Made by a program: the position numbers and the translations under genes. Shown here piece after piece: positions 1-10,181 of a stretch of 64,000 bases of DNA. The notes under the pieces were generated by a model. The model did no database searches and was not told where the DNA came from. It was given only the letters and a program-made list of their open reading frames with translations. Source of the DNA: Euprymna scolopes (taxonomy: Eukaryota); the NCBI GenBank assembly GCA_053919585.1, contig CM132794.1; one strand, given 5' to 3'. The first letter of the stretch is position 1. Each line of letters starts with the position of its first letter.

Positions 1-611
1 CGACCACTGACATTCATTAAGTAAGGTGACTTACTAGATTATTACTTGAATACCTTAGCTAAGATCACTCAGCTAGTTCAAATAAATATATCCCTTTCCT
101 GGGATATATCAGAATTATAAAGCTATCAGAAACATTATCAAGATAAAAACATTTACTTTCGGTTACAAAAAGGATAAATAAATGAAAAAGCAAGAAATTT
201 CCTGTGTGACACGTGTCATGAGAGTTAGTTCAAGAAACACAATAATGTGTAGTGTTTGCAGCAAATAGACCCATTACCAATGCACAGATATGGACCTTGA
301 ACAAGAAAGAGACTAACTTTCAAAAATATAATAAGTTATCAGATATAGCATTAGTCCAACCACAACCATCTGATTGTGGATAAGTAACTAATACACATTT
401 GGCACTGCATTACATCATCTGATTGATATATAAAAAAAAAACTGTACTTACAAGATTGCTCTCTAAAGAATTTCACCAAGCTCAAAGTATTTAATGTTTC
501 ACATCGTTTTTCAGTAATACATTTCTGCCACCTCATTTGCCATGTAAGGTCATCCACTGACCATAAGCCATTATGTGGAACATTTTATAATCACAACATG
601 GCAATATTAAA

Positions 612-779
612 NNNNNNNNNNNNNNNNNNNNNNNNNNNNNNNNNNNNNNNNNNNNNNNNNNNNNNNNNNNNNNNNNNNNNNNNNNNNNNNNNNNNNNNNN
701 NNNNNNNNNNNNNNNNNNNNNNNNNNNNNNNNNNNNNNNNNNNNNNNNNNNNNNNNNNNNNNNNNNNNNNNNNNNNNNN
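612..779. other. Assembly gap (N run)
   Basis: 168 consecutive N; ORFs spanning it are artefacts. Confidence 0.99.
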
Positions 780-789
780 GTATATAAAA

Positions 790-1560
790 GGTGGAGCAAA
801 TATGCCCATCTCAGAGACAATTTTATCAGGGAGATCATTTATGAATATCAGGAATAATAAAGGTCCAAGGATCGACCCAAGGTACACCCGCATTTATATC
901 ATATTGTTTTGATGCACGACCATCCAGGACAACTTGGATTCTTCTTTTATTTAAAAAGGATTTAATTATGTTAAGTATTCGTCCAGTAATACTATAGGAT
1001 CTGATTTTCATGAGAAGATCATCGTGCCATACCCTGTCAAAAGCCTTAGATATATCTAGGGCTACTGCTCTCCCCACTCCTGCCTTATCTAGTGCATGGT
1101 ATATACTTCACAGATTACAGTTAGAATATCTGCAGTAAAACAGGCTTGCCTGAATCCATATTAATGGTCGGACAGAAGTGTAACAACTGTAAGGTGGTAG
1201 ATTAGAGCTTTATTAATTATAGACTCAAATATTTTGGTGAAAAGAAGGAGAAGGTTAATGGGACAATAATTTCATGGGTCAGTTCTTTTGCCAGAATTCT
1301 TGTAAACTGGTACGACAGAAGCAGTTTATCAGGGAAACAAGATTTGTTAAGGCATTTGTTGAAAAGTTTGGAGAGAACTCGGGCAACCTCAGCTGAGCAT
1401 ATTTTAATAGTACAGCTGAGATGAGATCAGGTCTACATGCTTTGAAGTGTCTAGGTTTTTAGTGATATACTGTACTTGAGAAGGAGTCACATGAGTTATT
1501 TGCAAAACATGGCTAATCAGATTCATTAAAAGAGAAGAGTTTTTTTCTAACATAACTCAT
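790..1560 (-). mobile_element. Degenerate CR1/L2-group LINE reverse-transcriptase fragment
   Basis: Frameshifted RT motifs ALDISKAFDRVWH (835..1077), AGVP/GSILGPLLFLIFINDL and upstream VVPVYKNSG..NYCPINLL; stops and frameshifts; runs into the gap. Confidence 0.85.
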
Positions 1561-1711
1561 TTCTAAAACAGGAATATTTTAGCATGAATTTCATGTGATT
1601 AAAAAATAAGAGGTTCGTTGTCGATAACCTTTACAGATGATTCGGCGACGTCTTTAAGTTTCTCGAAAGAATTCACAACTATAGGCGGCATGGGAAATTG
1701 TTTATTTTCAA

Positions 1712-2203
1712 CTAGGGGGCGAATTTTGTGTGAATACTTAGGTATCCATTTCGCATAGTAAGAAAATATACCAAGGCACATTTTAACGAATTTGAATCCG
1801 AAGGAGGAGGCATTTGCAGAAGGAGTTTCAAACGCTCAGGATCAGGTTGGATAGTTCTGTCACAGATTTGGTATCCAAACAAATTGATAGAGCGAAGCAA
1901 AAACTTGGATTTTACTCGGTTTATTTTGAGGTTGTATATTAAAGCAGCCTTTAAGAAATGTTCCAAGTTAGCGTCATGCTCCTCTTGAGTTTCACCGCAA
2001 ATAGTAATATCATCAATGTAAGAAAAAGTTCCAAATAACTTATTTTCAGAAATAAAGGAATTTATAAATAGTTGAAAGGCAGAAACCCCATTAGTGACAC
2101 CCATGGGTATTCGTTTGAATTGATACAAACGATTTCCAGCTTGAAAAACCGTGTAGGGCCGATCTTCGGGACAAATTTCAATTTGGTAGTAAGCCTTAGA
2201 CAA
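1712..2203 (-). pseudogene. Gypsy reverse transcriptase core (frameshifted pol)
   Basis: YQFKRIPMGVTNGVSAFQ and FSYIDDITICG motifs; continues in another frame at 1599..1781. Confidence 0.9.
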
Positions 2204-3260
2204 ATTAATCGTACTAAAAATATGATACTAGGCAATTTGGTTTACGAGATCCTCAATCCGAGGCAAAGGGTACACGCCAAGTAGGATGGAACGGTTAATA
2301 GTTTGGGAAAAATCAACCACCAGTCGTTTCTTTCTATTAGGCGACAAAGTTATAACAATTTGAGCACGCCACGGTGAATAGCTGATTTCAATGACGTCGT
2401 CCTTAAGTAGTTGAAGAATTTCCTTTTCATTAAATCGGGCATCCTCCGCACGGTAGTTTTGGAATTTTGTAGCAATGGGTCTGCAATCAGGGGTCAGGTT
2501 AAAACAATTTTACAGGGGCACAACTGATTTTGGTTAGCGCGCAGATTTTTAAGGCATCCTGAGATCCAACCAAAAGAAATAGTGATGCCCTGGTGTAGTT
2601 TAAAAAACGGCACACCGAGTATAATGTCCATACAGGAGTCAGGAAGCACAGTAAGGTCAATTCCTTTATATTCACAACCATTGAAGAAAATGTTCTCGGT
2701 GCAATATTCAGACAGTTTAACGAAACGGCGGATAATGCCATAGAAATTACGGAGTTCCGTTTTAAAGTGGGCAGTCTCATTGTTTTGACAATGCAAGCAC
2801 TGATAAAATTATCAGAACTGCCGGTGTCTATAAGGGCAGTTAACCTTTTTCCTTTTAACTCCACAGTTTCGGTGATAGGAGGGCAACTATCACCACCTTT
2901 AGCGCGGGTCCCTATGATAGCAGAAGAAGAACGTGAATGTGTTGTTAGAGTAGAACGGCAAACTTTAGAAAAATGCTTGAGTTTACCACAGCTTCGACAT
3001 ACCTTATCGCGGGCAGGGCAAAGGTGGCGGTCATTCTTAAGGTGACGTCGCCCTCCACAGTTGTAGCACTTGCTGCGAACAGGAAGGGCAGCAGAGAACT
3101 GAGTCAAACTCCATTCGAGAATAAGTTGGAACAGAATTTTTAGAAATACAAGTGGCCTCCTCGGCAGAATTGGTCAGCACATTTTTAGTTCCTGTAGTAG
3201 AAGTAACAGCAACTGCTCCAATCTGGAAGGCATATGATTCCGCGCAAAAGTGAGCTTGTT

Positions 3261-3752
3261 CTAAAGCCCTAGCACATTGAGTAGCTTCTGTGAGAGAGTG
3301 TCTGTTTCAAGGAGCCTAGCACGTATCAATGAGGCCCGGAGACCATGAATTAATGCATCACGGACAGATTCATCCCTGTAAATGGTGGCCGTTATGTCTT
3401 TAAAACAACAGTCAGCGGCAAGTCGATTCAAGGCCTGAAGGTATTGGTCAACAGACTTGCTTTCTTGTTGCAACCGTGTGGAAAGCAGATGTCTACCGTG
3501 AATAACGCTTGGAGACTTGTTGTAAACGCCTTTCAATAATTCCACAGCATGTTCAAACCCAGAGCAACCTTCGATAACGTCAGCAACAGAGGAACCGATA
3601 TTTAAATAGAGAACTTCTAGCTTATCAGGGTTTAACGAAGCAATAGTTGATAAGTAGTAATTAAAGTTGCGGAACCATAATTTCCAAAGCTTGCTGGCCT
3701 GAGGGTCTGCCGAGGAAACATCAAATTTATCCAGGCGAATTATCTTCTCCAT
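3261..3752 (-). pseudogene. Gypsy gag N-terminal/capsid region
   Basis: ATG 14 nt after the putative PBS; QQESKSVDQYLQALNRLAADCCF..VRDALIHGL resembles Gypsy gag major-homology region; frameshifted before the zinc knuckles. Confidence 0.8.
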
Positions 3753-3782
3753 GAAAAAAATAAAAAAATTAGTTTGGTAAAT

Positions 3783-4020
3783 TGTGGTGTTTTATCATAG
3801 AACGGAAGACAAAGCAAAACCTCTTTACTAGGCTTTACCAAACTAATTTCACAGCCAATAATAAATGTAAGAGCAAATAATAAGCGTAAGAGAAAATATT
3901 AAAGAGCTGTTAGTAACGAAATGTTGAAGAAGAAAAAAACTCAGTCCTTTTAGAAAGGAAAAGGAACGTGTGCAAAATCACGTGCCGTAGAAACTTTTAC
4001 TTTAACGGAAATATAACACA
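3783..4020 (-). repeat. 5' LTR of the Mag-like Gypsy (~238 bp)
   Basis: TG..CA termini with imperfect terminal inverted repeat (tgtggtgtttt / aaatataacaca) directly upstream of gag; no partner LTR in the window to confirm the ends. Confidence 0.65.
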
Positions 4021-4431
4021 TGTATAAGAAGCATCCAATTCTGAAACATTAATATTAATGAAAGATGAAATATGCAAGTTGCTTCTCTTAGACTAGTAAT
4101 TCACTCTATGCAATAAAGGGGAAGTAACTCAGTAAAATAAAATAGACCCATAAACACACACAGAATTGTAAAAAAATGCAAAATAAATAAATAAAATAAA
4201 CAGAGAACTTTGTCATAGTAAAAAGATAATCCAAAATACTGACTGTACATGAAAAATGAATGGTACAACCAGCAACCAATATTTGCAGATTAAAAAAAAA
4301 TGGAAGTGTGAGCAACCTTAACAATTCACCTTATATTCCAGGTTGTTTGGTAATCTATAGTACCAGGGAAACTTGTGTAGAGCCTATTAAAATATGTAAT
4401 TTATTTAAATACTCTGTCAGTCCATCTCTTT

Positions 4432-4484
<53 letters not shown>
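4432..4484. repeat. (AT)n microsatellite
   Basis: Direct reading. Confidence 0.97.
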
Positions 4485-4486
<2 letters not shown>

Positions 4487-4520
4487 TATGATATATCATA
4501 TTATGCATTAAACTACCTTT

Positions 4521-4999
4521 TGTTGATGTTGCATGGCTAACAATTTATTCAGTTTGCAGGGCTTGATAAATAAAAAAACAAAACAGATTATCACAAAGTA
4601 AAAAATTAGTTTTGTACAGGATTCAAAGCTGTGCCTCAGACGTGGTGACACAGCAAACCAATTCCTTCACTTTTATTGTGTGACAACAGTCATGGATGAA
4701 CGCAACCAATAGGAAACGAAAAGGGGATCTATGCAAATTAAGACACAGCCGAATTTGAACATATAAAAAGCCAGTATTTCTTTCATTAACAAAGAGATTG
4801 TTTGTTGACTTGGAGTCGGTTGAACGTACGGTTAATTCGCATGTCAATAGGAAGAAATAAAGACAGATTTTCTATGAAATGAGAAGAGAAAAAGGATTGT
4901 CATTTTTTTTTGTGTGCCAAGAACGTTATAAGCTAAAGAAGAACACCTTTTTATTTTGCATGAACATTTAACAAGATTTGTCAGCTTAAAATTTCAACA
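4521..4999 (+). repeat. 5' LTR (TGTTGA..TCAACA) with CCAAT, octamer and TATA motifs
   Basis: 6-bp terminal inverted repeat; CCAAT 4706..4710, ATGCAAAT 4731..4738, TATAAAA 4762..4768; 4702..4999 aligns by eye to 11510..11834. Confidence 0.8.
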
Positions 5000-5723
5000 C
5001 TTAAAGCTATTTTGGCAAAAATACACTAAGCAGCAACATGGTGAAACCATTTACTGGCGAGGTAGATGTAGTAGCATGGCTGAAAAAGTTAAAGAAAAAA
5101 AGTAAAGATAGATGATGTGACAAGCCTACTGCCATTGTATCCGGAGGGGATGCATTGGCCCTCTACTTGGAAATGAGTGAAATTAACCAACTGCATATCA
5201 AGGGGATAAAGACTAGATTAAAGGTAAACCATGGTGAAAGGGGTTGGCGATTCAGGTGGACATTTACGCAAACAATATCAGATGGTTGGTTGGACTGGCT
5301 GGTTTTGAAGGAGACTAGAACAACTTGCTAAACTGTTTTTTGTCACAGGGTTCCCTGATGCCATTTCCATCGAACTCCAGCAGGTACCAAAAATTGAGAC
5401 CTTAACCATGGGAAACCTAATAGCAAGAGTAAGGGTGCTGACATCAACCAGGAACCAAAGTCTTCACGTGGTTGCAGCCATGAGTCCATCCAATGGTAAA
5501 TCTGCTGTTCCTACCGAGAAAAGCCCTAGCACAGGAGTAAACTGCCACAGATGGGGCCGCAAAGGTCACATAGCGAGAGATTACCAAAGATGTGAAACCC
5601 ATTGCTACCAATGCAGCACAGTTGGACAGTAGGCCCAGGACTGTTCGGGAAATGAACAAGGGGATGAGGCATAAGTGCCAGCCTACATGCAGCGCTCCCA
5701 GAGAGTGGCATCTACGTCAATGG

Positions 5724-5761
5724 GCTTCTTTGGCCTTTTGGTCAAGATCAAAGTGTAGTAT
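5724..5761 (+). ncRNA. U2: U2 snRNA 5' fragment (pseudogenic; stem-loop I plus branch-point recognition GTAGTA)
   Basis: gcttctttggccttttggtcaagatcaaagtgtagtat versus conserved U2 5' end ATCGCTTCTCGGCCTTTTGGCTAAGATCAA(A)GTGTAGTATCTGTTCTT; continues after the insertion at 8291..8310 (tcaaagtgtagtatctgttc). Confidence 0.9.
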
Positions 5762-7621
5762 TTGAAGATTTTGGCCAAGGTCCTGTCGAATCGGCTGCAG
5801 GTTGTTATCGACGAGTTGGTTGAACCAGAACAGAACTACGCTGTGAAGGGGAGATCGATTCAGAACAACTTGCACCTGATCCGCATGATCCTAGAGGGGG
5901 GAATAGATGACGACACGGAAGCCGCGCTGATAAACTTAGATCAGTCCAAAGCTTTCGATAGGGTCGACCATCGTTTCCTGGCATCTGTCTTAGAGGCCGC
6001 CGGTTTTAAACCGGACTTTTGCAAGTGGATCTCCATAATGTATCGACAGCCCATGGCTGTCGTGCAAGTCAACGGAAAGCGCTCGAAACCCTTTGTTATC
6101 TCTCGGTCGGTGCGTCAGGGTTGTCCGCTGTCGCCCCTGCTTTATGTCCTGGCTTTGGAGCCTCTTCTCCGCAAGCTGAGACATGGGGAGGCAAATTCGG
6201 CCCTGCGCGGAATGGCTCTGCCTGGCGGCTCAGCTGCCAAGGTATCCGCGTTCGCCGATGATGTCACGATCTTCGTGTCGGGCTTCAGAGACATTGAGGT
6301 CGTGTCGGAGGCACTCACACAGTACGAAAGAATTACAGGGGCCAAGATAAACCGCAACAAGTCGGTAGGACTGCGGTTGGGCGCATGGAGTGGCAACGCA
6401 AACCTCCCTGCGCCCTTCAGCTGGACAGATGGCCCGGTCCGGATCCTCGGCGTGTGGTTCGGACCGGGTCTCCAGCTTGACAAGAATTGGTTGGAGGTAC
6501 GGTCAAAGGTGGAGGCTGCAGTCAATTCGTGGCTTCCTAGGAAACTTTCCTTAAAGGGTAGAGCTGAGGCGTGCGCCACTTACGTCTTTCCTCTCATCCT
6601 TTACCGACTGGCCGTACTTCCCCTGCCTGCACAACACCTAAAAGCTCTTGTCGAACTCTTGTCCTCGCTCCTTTGGGACAGAGGAAGACACTGGGTGAGC
6701 AGACAGGTCTGTATTCAACGTCCGTGTGAGGGAGGCTTGGGAATGCCGGACTTGAAGTGTCATCGAGATGCTGAGAGGCCGGCCTTCCTGAGCCACTATA
6801 TGCAGGAGGACCAACCGTGGCACCCCGTGGTTACTGCCGCCTTCCCCGACCTCGTTCTCGACCCTTCTATCGAGAGCCGTCGCAGGCCGCGGGGAGAATC
6901 TGCCTACATGAAAGAGTGCCGAGCCGCGCTAAAACGACTACCAAGGTCCAGTGACCTTGTGACTGCTACCCGTAGGGAACTCCACAGAGATCTAGTGAAG
7001 GGGGCCGCTGACAACCCGCTATGCGCGCGTTTGGGGTGGCAGCAGAGTGAGATCCGCTCCGCGTGGAGCTGGGCGCCAGGTTCGAGTCATCTGAACAATT
7101 CGGAGTTCTCTCTGACCTGGCGATTGGCCCGAAATGCACTTCCACTCAACAACATACAATGCAGTTCTGGGTTTCTGGAGTCGCCTGATTGTCCCCGTTG
7201 TGGGACAACGGCTGTGGAAACTACGGATCACGCTTTCTTCGATTGCCGCGAACTCCGCCAGTACTGGTCGTATGTCAGTGGGGTGACGGCTCGCATAGAT
7301 CCTGAGCATCCTCGCCCAATTACTGTATTCAATGTTGTGGACAACGTGAGGCCGCCGTGGGACCGGGAAAGACAAATGGTCTACGTTACGATTCTGGCCG
7401 TGGCGAGAATGGTGATTTGGACGTCGCGTCTGCAAGGTTGCCGGGGGGTGTTGTCTTTTTCTGATCAAGATCTGATCGCGTTCTTTAAACACCAACTACG
7501 GGTGAAGATCAGATGTGATAGAAGAAGGCTGCATCGCGCGGCATTTGACAGAAGATGGATACATGTGGCAAGTCTGTGTGTACGAAGAGGAGCCAAATTT
7601 GAATACGTGTTCCCCGCCTAG
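5762..7621 (+). CDS. Tx1/L1 ORF2 C-terminal part: RT plus CCHC zinc finger (N-terminally truncated, no endonuclease)
   Basis: 619 uninterrupted codons; LDQSKAFDRVDH, VRQGCPLSPLLY, AFADD, EGGLGMPD, CPRC..ETTDHAFFDC; TTG start is just the truncation point. Confidence 0.9.
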   Translation: MKILAKVLSNRLQVVIDELVEPEQNYAVKGRSIQNNLHLIRMILEGGIDDDTEAALINLDQSKAFDRVDHRFLASVLEAAGFKPDFCKWISIMYRQPMAVVQVNGKRSKPFVISRSVRQGCPLSPLLYVLALEPLLRKLRHGEANSALRGMALPGGSAAKVSAFADDVTIFVSGFRDIEVVSEALTQYERITGAKINRNKSVGLRLGAWSGNANLPAPFSWTDGPVRILGVWFGPGLQLDKNWLEVRSKVEAAVNSWLPRKLSLKGRAEACATYVFPLILYRLAVLPLPAQHLKALVELLSSLLWDRGRHWVSRQVCIQRPCEGGLGMPDLKCHRDAERPAFLSHYMQEDQPWHPVVTAAFPDLVLDPSIESRRRPRGESAYMKECRAALKRLPRSSDLVTATRRELHRDLVKGAADNPLCARLGWQQSEIRSAWSWAPGSSHLNNSEFSLTWRLARNALPLNNIQCSSGFLESPDCPRCGTTAVETTDHAFFDCRELRQYWSYVSGVTARIDPEHPRPITVFNVVDNVRPPWDRERQMVYVTILAVARMVIWTSRLQGCRGVLSFSDQDLIAFFKHQLRVKIRCDRRRLHRAAFDRRWIHVASLCVRRGAKFEYVFPA

Positions 7622-8290
7622 GTGTGGAACGCGCAGTTCTGTAAAGTTAAATTAAACAAGTAGTCTCTCAGCTAGCTGAGTGTGTGTTCCATCCCTCCCC
7701 GATTAGGAAGCCTCCAAGATCCCCATCCCCTCTTACCTGCAATTTTTGTTTTCACCCCTTCCTCTAAATTTTACCCATCTTGGAGAAAAAGAAATACAAA
7801 CTAACCTCCATCCCTTACCCACAAAATTTTCTTTTCTCAATTCACCCCCATCTAGAGGGCATCCCCACCTAGAGACTGACCCGCAGAAGCGAGGTTCCTT
7901 TTACAAACCTAGTGGAACGGGCAGTCTATCAACTAGACGGGGTTGGGAGGGTCCTACTAATCACCTTTTGTTTTTTCTTCCCCCTCCCTCGACACAAATG
8001 AATTATTGTTACCATTTTATTGTTATCTTTTTTGTTTTTACACGTCAATAAAAAATGTTTTAAAAATTGGGAGTTACTAGGACGTCCCCAATATGAAAGG
8101 GTGAATGCGGTATTATGGTGAAAGAAGATACTAGCTGGGAGAAACTTTTGACTTTGTTTAGTTCTGGAGTGACAAGGATGACCAACGACCCCCAAAATCC
8201 CCCCTTTTGAGTTGGCCATGTGCCTAAGTTTTTTGTTCATCGTTGATTTTTTTTCTGTATTTTTTTAACATGAATAAAAGATTTAATATC
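5762..8290 (+). mobile_element. 5'-truncated Tx1/L1-clade non-LTR retrotransposon inserted in U2 sequence (Keno-like)
   Basis: Flanked by 14-bp direct repeat tcaaagtgtagtat (5748..5761 and 8291..8304); open RT ORF then ~670-bp 3' UTR ending AATAAAAGATTTAATATC; much higher GC than the surroundings. Confidence 0.9.
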
Positions 8291-8302
8291 TCAAAGTGTA
8301 GT

Positions 8303-9089
8303 ATCTGTTCCGGCAGATACTGCAAGCTATGACTAGCCATGACTAGCTATGACTAGCAAAGACCAGATGTGGGGGCAACCCCACATGCCTGACCTTTAAC
8401 CAGCTCCCATTTCCCACCGCTCGGGAGCTGGTCCCCTTTTTCCCTTCCCCCTCCCTTCACTCCTCACATTAAAAATTGGCCTTGTGCCTAATTTGCTCGG
8501 TGGGGGAGCAAATAAATACCATCTGTTCCGACAGATGCTGCACTTAAGATAATTTGTACCAGTCAATGGAGAGGAAACCCTCTATACTGGGACAATTATT
8601 ATTTTTGGTAACCAGAGTGCCCCCTTTTTGCCTACTTTTAGGGGAGCTGGTTTTAACCTCACATTAAAAACGGCCTTGTGCCTAATTTGCTCAGTGGGGG
8701 AGCAAATAAATACCATCTGTTCCGGCAGATACTGCAAGCTATGACTAGCCATGACTAGCTATGACTAGCAAAGACCAGATGTGGGGGCAACCCCACATGC
8801 CTGACCTTTAACCAGCTCCCATTTCCCACCGCTCGGGAGCTGGTCCCCTTTTTCCCTTCCCCCTCCCTTCACTCCTCACATTAAAAATCGGCCTTGTGCC
8901 TAATTTGCTCAGTGGGGGAGCAAATAAATACCATCTGTTCTTCAGATGCTGCACTTCATTTTCTTGTTCTCTTTCGGTGGAGGAGAAATCCTTCACGACT
9001 GAGACAACTTTTATTTTTGTACCTTTTCTCCACGTTAAAAAACGACCCTGGTGTCTAACTCTGTCCCGTGGGGAGGCATAGTAAATAGG
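8303..9089 (+). mobile_element. Head-to-tail array of four short structured non-coding units (A 8303..8520, B 8521..8714, C 8715..8932, D 8933..~9089), probably non-autonomous U2-targeted retroelements
   Basis: Each starts ATCTGTTC(n2-3)CAGAT(A/G)CTGCA and ends with a related ~60-nt hairpin tail plus TAAATA; A and C are 218 bp and differ at 2 positions; the middles of A, B and D differ. Confidence 0.7.
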
Positions 9090-10113
9090 TAGAATAATAG
9101 ATGTGAATCGATGTCAATCTTGGAAGACAGCAAAAGTGAACGTCTTGACTATTAGAGGCTCATCCTGTGGAAGAAAAGTAATCACTATTTCAACAAACGA
9201 TAGTGACTATGTTAGGATCGATGCTCTGGTAGTGCGTGGTAAACCACTGGGATTTGATCTGTTGTAAGGGATTGATGCAATAAGAGCATTGGGAGGTATC
9301 ATTGTTTGACCTATCGGTGCAGTCCGACCCGGTGTTGGGAAAATTTCCACATGTGCAGCTATCTCCATCAATGAACCAGATTTTACTGCTACGTTGACCA
9401 TCAAAAGTGAGCATGGATAGCAGCATGGAAATGGGCAGGTAGCCGCCCACCTGAAGGACTGCATAATGGTGTGCCAGAGTATTGAGTGGTGCAGAGCTTC
9501 GACCAGATTATGATTAAGAACTCTGGGCATGGATGAACAAGGGTTGGCTTGTGCCATACCCAGAAGACAAACACTCGGACCTCTGAAGGAATTAATTTTA
9601 TTGATGGCTGCGATACAGCAGAATAAGGTAAAGGTGCAACCAGTGATGGACTACTGCAAACTCAACAATCATGTAGATGCATTCACGGCAGATGCAGATG
9701 TTTGTGCTGCCAAGATGCAAGAGCCAAACATATCACTGCTTGACCTCCAGAGAGTTTATCTCCAAGTGTGAACCCATGAGACACTATGGTCACAACCCCA
9801 GGCAAACAACAAAAGAAATCACAAAAGGTAGTCTTTTTAGTAACATTAATTATTCAACGCTGTTACAGGTATAGTCTCAGTAAGGACATGAGCTAGGAGC
9901 TTTCATAAGCTTGGTAAATCAGACTGACTTCTGGGTGCAGGATTTTAATGGTTTAAATTAAGTTATTTCAGCCAGACCGTCAGATGAAATGTCGGACAGG
10001 CAGGTTGTCAACAAACTCTCCTCACCAACAAATTCTGCCAAACTGGCTAAAAACACACCTTTATATTATCTCTATAACTTCTAGTTTATGTTTATGCCCC
10101 CTTTTCTATTTTG

Positions 10114-10118
<5 letters not shown>

Positions 10119-10179
<61 letters not shown>
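10119..10179. repeat. (CT)n microsatellite
   Basis: Direct reading; lies in a ~0.7-kb non-Gypsy segment (~9793..10520) where the rest of RT/RNase H is expected. Confidence 0.97.

Positions 10180-10181
<2 letters not shown>

Larger units (their letters stand above)
1599..4020 (-). mobile_element. 3'-truncated Ty3/Gypsy LTR retrotransposon (Mag-like): 5' LTR, gag, protease, RT; no integrase or 3' LTR
   Basis: gag-like ORF 3261..3752; tandem Cys/His knuckles CYNCGGRRH..CPA..CRSCGKLKHFSKVC; protease ALIDTGSSDNFI; RT SKAYYQI, IPMGVTNG, YIDD; several frameshifts. Confidence 0.92.

Noticed and set aside
533-912. ORFs spanning N runs (also 50979..51330)
   Set aside because: Created by assembly gaps.
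5990-7495. Overlapping alternative and antisense ORFs within the Tx1 ORF
   Set aside because: Expected in GC-rich coding sequence; no independent motifs.
5724-8310. Functional U2 snRNA gene
   Set aside because: Only ~45 nt of the 5' end, interrupted, with substitutions, no downstream U2 body and Gypsy sequence in place of a promoter.
8303-9089. CRISPR-like array (constant repeat, variable spacer)
   Set aside because: Eukaryotic context, no cas genes, repeat and spacer far too long, two spacers identical; target-site retro-insertion explains it better.
8303-9089. Hammerhead, twister, pistol or HDV ribozyme in the units
   Set aside because: Could not match the catalytic-core consensus by eye; left to an Rfam scan.
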